DNA from: Deltaproteobacteria bacterium
Lineage (GTDB): Bacteria; Desulfobacterota_D; UBA1144; Nemesobacterales; CSP1-2
Direction: 5' to 3'
Length of the DNA stretch: 64,000 bases
NCBI GenBank assembly: GCA_052390235.1
Contig: JBQTHB010000006.1
Coordinates: 128,001-192,000, forward strand
Shown: one piece after another, positions 59,126 through 64,000 of the stretch
How positions within the stretch are numbered: the first letter of the stretch is position 1
How the letters are laid out: each line of letters starts with the position of its first letter
Notes under the pieces: model-generated
The model's database searches: none
Told to the model about the DNA's origin: nothing
The model's input: only the letters and a program-made list of their open reading frames with translations
Translations under genes and position numbers: made by a program

Positions 59126-60223
59126 CTAGCCAAGCAACTCGCGGAATTTATCGAAGAAGTTCTTTACTCCGGGGTTCTCATTTCCCTCGCCAGCCTTGGC
59201 GAATTCCTCCAAAAGCTGTCTCTGTCTGGAGTTGAGTCTCACCGGCACTTCCACCAGAACCTTGATGAATAAATCCCCCTTGCCCCTGCCGTTTATTATT
59301 GGCGCGCCCTTTCCCTTGAGTTTGAACGACTGCCCCGTCTGAGTTCCCGCCGGGATCTTGATTTCCGCCCTGCCTTCGAGGGTTGGAATCTCGATTTCCG
59401 CCCCCAGAGCCGCTTGGACGAAGCTTATCGGCACGTCGCAGAGAATGTCCTTTCCCTCGCGCTTGAAGAGCGTATGCTCTTTGACGAATATCTCAACGTA
59501 AAGGTCGCCGTTCGGGCCTCCGTACAGACCCGACTCGCCCTCGGAGCGGATTCTGAGCCTTGAGCGGTTATCCACCCCGGCTGGAATCATGACCTTGACC
59601 CTCTGTTCGGTGGTTATGAGTCCTTCGCCTCGGCAGGTGGCGCAGGCTTTTTTGATAATCCTGCCCGTCCCCCCGCAGTTTGAGCAAGTCCTGCTGATAG
59701 CAAAAAACCCCTCAGAGTATTTTATTGTCCCCCTTCCGGCGCACATGAGGCAGGTCATCTCTCCGCCGGGAGCCGCCCCTGTGCCGTTGCACTCCGAGCA
59801 GAAACTGCGCTTAGGCACGACCAGTTCCTTTTCGACTCCGAAAACCGCCTCCTCAAATGTTATTTCAAGGTTGTATTTCAAGTCTCTGCCCCGCTCTCGC
59901 CCTCCGCCCTGCCTTCTGCCGGCGGTGAAAACCTCGTCAAAGAGATTGCCGAACAGGTCGTTGAAGTTGCGCGAGAAATCCGTATCAGACAAACCGTCGC
60001 CACCGGACATCTGCCCGAAACTGTCGTACTGAGCGCGCTTATCGGGATTACTGATTACCTGGTAGGCTTCGTTTATCTGCTTGAATTTCTCCTCGGCTTC
60101 GGAGTTGCCTGGGTTTCTGTCGGGGTGGTATTCAAAGGCGAGTTTTTTATAGGCTTTTTTGACCTCTTCTTGATTTGCGCCTCTGTTCACGCCTAAAATT
60201 TCGTAATAATCCGCTTTTGCCAT
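59126..60223 (-). CDS. dnaJ: Chaperone DnaJ
   Basis: HPD motif and four CxxCxGxG repeats. Confidence 0.97.
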   Translation of the reverse strand: MAKADYYEILGVNRGANQEEVKKAYKKLAFEYHPDRNPGNSEAEEKFKQINEAYQVISNPDKRAQYDSFGQMSGGDGLSDTDFSRNFNDLFGNLFDEVFTAGRRQGGGRERGRDLKYNLEITFEEAVFGVEKELVVPKRSFCSECNGTGAAPGGEMTCLMCAGRGTIKYSEGFFAISRTCSNCGGTGRIIKKACATCRGEGLITTEQRVKVMIPAGVDNRSRLRIRSEGESGLYGGPNGDLYVEIFVKEHTLFKREGKDILCDVPISFVQAALGAEIEIPTLEGRAEIKIPAGTQTGQSFKLKGKGAPIINGRGKGDLFIKVLVEVPVRLNSRQRQLLEEFAKAGEGNENPGVKNFFDKFRELLG

Positions 60224-60271
60224 TATAGCTTACACCTTTGAACCGATGATAGTTGAGAGATTTACCGCGTC

Positions 60272-62077
60272 CTATTTCTGATTGCTGTATATAAAATCCG
60301 CGAATTTATAGGAGGAGTCCCTAAGCTGGTTGAGGGCGTATTTTATGTCCGAATAATCGTCCCCTTCGATAACGCTCTTGAGTTTCACGACGCACTCTTC
60401 TATCTGCATTCGCGTCTCGCTCTGGGCTTTATGCCCATAAGCCTCAAGCGTTCTCTCGACGGAATAGCAAAAATTCTCCGCCTCGTTTTTGAGCATTGCA
60501 AGCTCCCTTCGCTTGCCGTCCTGCTCGGAGGTGCGTATCGCGTCGTCAACAAGCCGCCTCACGCTCTCGTCCTCTACGCCCATCGTGGGAACTACGTCTA
60601 TGGCTTGTTCCTTGCCCGTGCCTAAATCCCTTGCAGAGACGTGAATAATGCAGTCGGCATCCACCTCGAAGGAGACCTCGATTTGGGGAAGCCCCCTCGG
60701 AGCCGGAGGGATTCCAATGAGATTGAACTTCGCGAGAGAGATATTGCTGTCAGCCATGTCCCTCTCGCCCTGAAGCACATGAACCGACACATAGTCCTGA
60801 TTGTCAACGGCTGTGGTGAAGACCCTGCTTCTCTTCGTGGGAACCGTGGTGTTTCTCTCAATAATTTTTGTAAATAGCCCGCCCCTCGTTTCAACCCCCA
60901 ACGAGAGAGGAACTACGTCGAGCAGGAGAATTTCATCAATTTGCCCCTCTAGCACTCCGCCCTGAATTGCCGCGCCGACTGCGACGACTTCATCGGGGTC
61001 AATTCCTTTTTGCGGCTCTTTTTTGAAAATCTCCCGGACTTTTTCCTGCACTTTCGGCATTCGGGTCATGCCCCCCACGAGTATGACCTCGTCAATTTGA
61101 GCGGGGGTGAGCTTGGCGTCCCGAAAAGCCTGAAGGCAGGGTTCTTCGAGCTTTTGGATGAGGTCGGCGACGAGTATCTCGAATTCAGCTCTGGTGATGG
61201 TGTAGTTGAGGTGTTTGGGCCCCTTTGCGTCAACGGCTATGAAGGGGAGGTTAACACTCGCCTCAAAGTGGGAGGAGAGTTCGTGCTTCGCCTTTTCGCA
61301 CGCCTCGCGGATTCGCTGAAGGGCGATTCTGTCCTGTCTGAGGTCAACGCCGTTTTGGTTTTTGAACCTCTCGATGAGAAACTCGATGAATTTATAGTCG
61401 AAGTCATCCCCGCCGAGGAAATTATCGCCGTTCGTGGATTTAACCTCGAACACGCCGCCGGTCATCTCGAGAACAGTTATATCGAAAGTGCCGCCGCCTA
61501 GGTCAAAAACCGCTACTTTGTGACTCCCGCCTTTATCTAGCCCGTAGGCAAGGGCGGCAGCAGTCGGCTCATTTATAATGCGTCGGACGTTGAATCCGGC
61601 GATTCTGCCAGCCTCTTTGGTAGCTTGACGTTGAAAATCGTTGAACTGAGCGGGTACGGTGATGACGGCGTCGCTCACCTCGTATCCGAGATAATCCTCG
61701 GCTATCTGCTTCATCTTAAGAAGCACCATAGCGGATATTTCTTGGCAGTTATAGGGTTTTCCCTCGATTTCAATGAGCGCCTCACCGGAAGTCGCGGGTA
61801 TGACCCGGTAGGGGATTAAGCCCTTCAGCCTCTGCAACTCAGGGGAGTCGTAGCGTCTGCCGATGAGCCTCTTCACTCCAAACACGGTGTTGTGGGCGTT
61901 CATCACGGCCTGCCGCTTGGCGACCGCTCCGGCAAGGGTGTTTTTATCATCGCTGAAAGCCACGACTGAAGGCGTAATCCTGCTCCCCTCTTCGTTGAGA
62001 ATAACCACAGGGCTCCCGCCTTCAATTACGGCTACGCAGGAGTTTGTTGTGCCAAGATCAATTCCGAGTATCGCCAT
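60272..62077 (-). CDS. dnaK: Chaperone DnaK (short C-terminus)
   Basis: [33 protein letters not shown] linker. Confidence 0.96.
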   Translation of the reverse strand: MAILGIDLGTTNSCVAVIEGGSPVVILNEEGSRITPSVVAFSDDKNTLAGAVAKRQAVMNAHNTVFGVKRLIGRRYDSPELQRLKGLIPYRVIPATSGEALIEIEGKPYNCQEISAMVLLKMKQIAEDYLGYEVSDAVITVPAQFNDFQRQATKEAGRIAGFNVRRIINEPTAAALAYGLDKGGSHKVAVFDLGGGTFDITVLEMTGGVFEVKSTNGDNFLGGDDFDYKFIEFLIERFKNQNGVDLRQDRIALQRIREACEKAKHELSSHFEASVNLPFIAVDAKGPKHLNYTITRAEFEILVADLIQKLEEPCLQAFRDAKLTPAQIDEVILVGGMTRMPKVQEKVREIFKKEPQKGIDPDEVVAVGAAIQGGVLEGQIDEILLLDVVPLSLGVETRGGLFTKIIERNTTVPTKRSRVFTTAVDNQDYVSVHVLQGERDMADSNISLAKFNLIGIPPAPRGLPQIEVSFEVDADCIIHVSARDLGTGKEQAIDVVPTMGVEDESVRRLVDDAIRTSEQDGKRRELAMLKNEAENFCYSVERTLEAYGHKAQSETRMQIEECVVKLKSVIEGDDYSDIKYALNQLRDSSYKFADFIYSNQK

Positions 62078-62094
62078 GATTTTTTATTGAACTA

Positions 62095-62775
62095 TCAATT
62101 CAGGTCTTCGTCAATCAATTCGAGAACGTCGTCCGAGCTTCCTTCTTTCGGTTTCTGCGCCGAGCCGAAGCCGAATAGATTGCTCGCCGTAGCGGGTTTT
62201 CTCTGCTTTGAAACCGAGACCAAAGCGGGTCTAAGAAGCCTCTCTTTTAAAGTATAACCCCTCTGCGCCTCAGAGAACACCGACCCCGGAGGCATATCGG
62301 AGGACTCCACGTGCTCTATCGCCTGATGTAGCTTCGGGTCGAATTCCTGCCCTCTGGCAACCTCGATAGTTTTTACCCCGAATTTCTCAAGAGCGCTTAA
62401 AAATTGCTTATACACCAGTTTCACGCCCTCGACAATGGGTTTTGCCTCGCCACTAGCTTCGGAATGCCCAATGGCGCGCTCCATGTTATCAATAACATCG
62501 AGAAGGGTTTTTATAAGCTCCTCGTTGGCAAAAAATATCACCTCGGATTTTTCTTTGACGGCGCGTTTTTTGAAATTATCGAAATCCGCCGCCATACGGA
62601 GGTATCTCTCGTATAGGTCGGAGTATTCCTTTTTTTTTCGCTCCAACTCCTCTTGAAGTTCAAGCAAAATCGCATCTGCAGACGCCGCGCTCTGGTCTTC
62701 TTTCTGCTCGGCGTCCTTTGCCTCATTCATAAAACCGACCCACTGTCCGCCGTTTCCCCGGTCTTTATCAGTCAT
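62095..62775 (-). CDS. grpE: Nucleotide exchange factor GrpE
   Basis: ADFDNFKKR, FDPKLHQA, GYTLKERLLRPALVSV. Confidence 0.97.
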   Translation of the reverse strand: MTDKDRGNGGQWVGFMNEAKDAEQKEDQSAASADAILLELQEELERKKKEYSDLYERYLRMAADFDNFKKRAVKEKSEVIFFANEELIKTLLDVIDNMERAIGHSEASGEAKPIVEGVKLVYKQFLSALEKFGVKTIEVARGQEFDPKLHQAIEHVESSDMPPGSVFSEAQRGYTLKERLLRPALVSVSKQRKPATASNLFGFGSAQKPKEGSSDDVLELIDEDLN

Positions 62776-63796
62776 TATACTCCCCCTCGCTAACTATTTT
62801 TGTTACTATTCCAGCCGTGTAGTCCACAAGCGGGATTATTTCGGAATAATCCATGTACATGGGTCCAAACACCCCCAGCGTCCCCAATCTCCTATCCTTC
62901 CCGTAGGAGGCGGCTACGAGACTGTAGCCCGCTATACCCATCGTAGAGCCTACGAATACCTTTGTGCCGTCCTCTTTCATCACTTTATCGAGAATTTCAA
63001 CGAGGAAATCCCGCTCCTCAAAGGTCTTAAACAGCTCTCTGAAAGCCTGAGGGTTATTGGCAAAGGAATTTTCAAACATCGCCGCCTGTCCCTTTATATA
63101 GACGTCCGACGCGGATTTGCCCTCAATTTTATCGCCGAAATTAATCACTCGCTCGACGAAATCCCTGTAAATCCGCCTCTCGTCCTTGAGCCTCGTAACC
63201 ACGGAGTCTCTCATTTCATCGAGGCTCAGCCCAACGGCGAGGTTATTTAAATAATCGCTTATGCGCTCAAGCATATCGTCGGGGATGGTCTTATCCACAT
63301 TAACGAGAGTTTTCTCGGTAAGCCCGCCCTGGAATACGATAATTACGAGAATCCTCTTGCTGCCGAGCTTTACGAGCTTGGCGGATTCTATTTTCATAAA
63401 TCTCGCCCTGGGAAGCGTAACCAGCCCTGCGCAGTGCGAGATGTCCGAGAGCATTTTAGTGGTCTCATGGAGAACCTCGTCTATCGTGCCGGAGAGCTTT
63501 CTATAGCGCATTTTTATGACCACCCTCTTCTCTTCAGAAAGCTCGTGTGGATGGGGAAGGGACTCAACGTAGAGCCGGATCCCCTTTTCCGTCGGCACCC
63601 TGCCCGCAGAGACGTGCGGCTGAGCGAGATAGCCCTTGTTCATAAGCTCGGACATAGTGCTTCTGACCGTAGCCGAACTCATGTCGAGGTGATAATTTTT
63701 CACGAGCGGGGACGAGCCCACAGGCTCGGAGGTCTTGATGTACTGCTCGATAATGAGATTGAGAATTTTTTTAGCTCTATCGGAGAGTTGAACCAT
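62768..63796 (-). CDS. hrcA: Heat-inducible transcription repressor HrcA
   Basis: EPVGS, SSATVR, QPHVSAGRVPT, GVFGPMYMDY. Confidence 0.96.
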   Translation of the reverse strand: MVQLSDRAKKILNLIIEQYIKTSEPVGSSPLVKNYHLDMSSATVRSTMSELMNKGYLAQPHVSAGRVPTEKGIRLYVESLPHPHELSEEKRVVIKMRYRKLSGTIDEVLHETTKMLSDISHCAGLVTLPRARFMKIESAKLVKLGSKRILVIIVFQGGLTEKTLVNVDKTIPDDMLERISDYLNNLAVGLSLDEMRDSVVTRLKDERRIYRDFVERVINFGDKIEGKSASDVYIKGQAAMFENSFANNPQAFRELFKTFEERDFLVEILDKVMKEDGTKVFVGSTMGIAGYSLVAASYGKDRRLGTLGVFGPMYMDYSEIIPLVDYTAGIVTKIVSEGEYND

Positions 63797-63918
63797 TTTA
63801 TCCCGTCGGCAAGCCTGACTCTTCAGAAATATAATAACTCCAGCAGGATTGTCAACGAAACGCGATGAGGCAAAATCCGCCGGATTTAAGGCATCTGTCC
63901 GGGCTTTGCGTCCCGCAG

Positions 63919-64000
63919 TTAAATCATCTCGTATGCGACGCCTTCGAGAAGCCCCCCGTCGCTCACGAGGATTTCATCCGCCCCGAAATAATCCATCGTC
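63919..64000 (-). CDS. Ppx/GppA family phosphatase, 3' end only
   Basis: Reads MDYFGADEILVSDGGLLEGVAYEMI*, the typical VSDxGLxEG ending. Confidence 0.7.
   Translation of the reverse strand, partial: TMDYFGADEILVSDGGLLEGVAYEMI

Overview
Core bacterial chromosomal segment from a diderm, judged by its TonB receptors and AsmA/YdbH-like protein; taxonomy cannot be fixed from the sequence alone. No integrase, transposase, phage gene, rRNA or CRISPR array was seen. From 1 to 30 kb: partial VIT1/CCC1 transporter; an AT-richer methyltransferase + putative endonuclease cassette; EVE protein; tRNA(CAT); a Pho-box-preceded pstSCAB-arsC-phoU operon; M48 and S8 peptidases; a divergent GMC oxidoreductase / FG-GAP lipoprotein / PPIase / Tat small-subunit cluster; a disulfide oxidoreductase; YdbH/YdbL-like envelope genes; ilvD, an HD-GYP regulator, speD, trxA and a Y-family polymerase. 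From 30 to 36.6 kb: hppA, aroK, riboflavin synthase, lspA and a membrane metallopeptidase-TPR protein. A ~17-kb metal island (36.7-53.9 kb) follows: an internally duplicated His-rich lipoprotein + amicyanin-type cupredoxin, a CruR/DUF2946-like uORF-TonB receptor-BNR lipoprotein operon, Fur-boxed exbBD-tonB, a second TonB receptor, a Zn/Mn-type ABC transporter, nikR, a NicO/RcnA-like permease and a divergent ECF sigma / RskA anti-sigma pair. The window ends with cofH/cofG, a threonine-synthase-like gene + sulfur carrier, hrcA-grpE-dnaK-dnaJ and a partial ppx. The best candidate for an undescribed system is the metal island, where a shared ECF-type promoter motif links the sigma/anti-sigma pair to the uncharacterised duplicated lipoprotein-cupredoxin operon. 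All calls rest on motif recognition by eye; no database searches were run.
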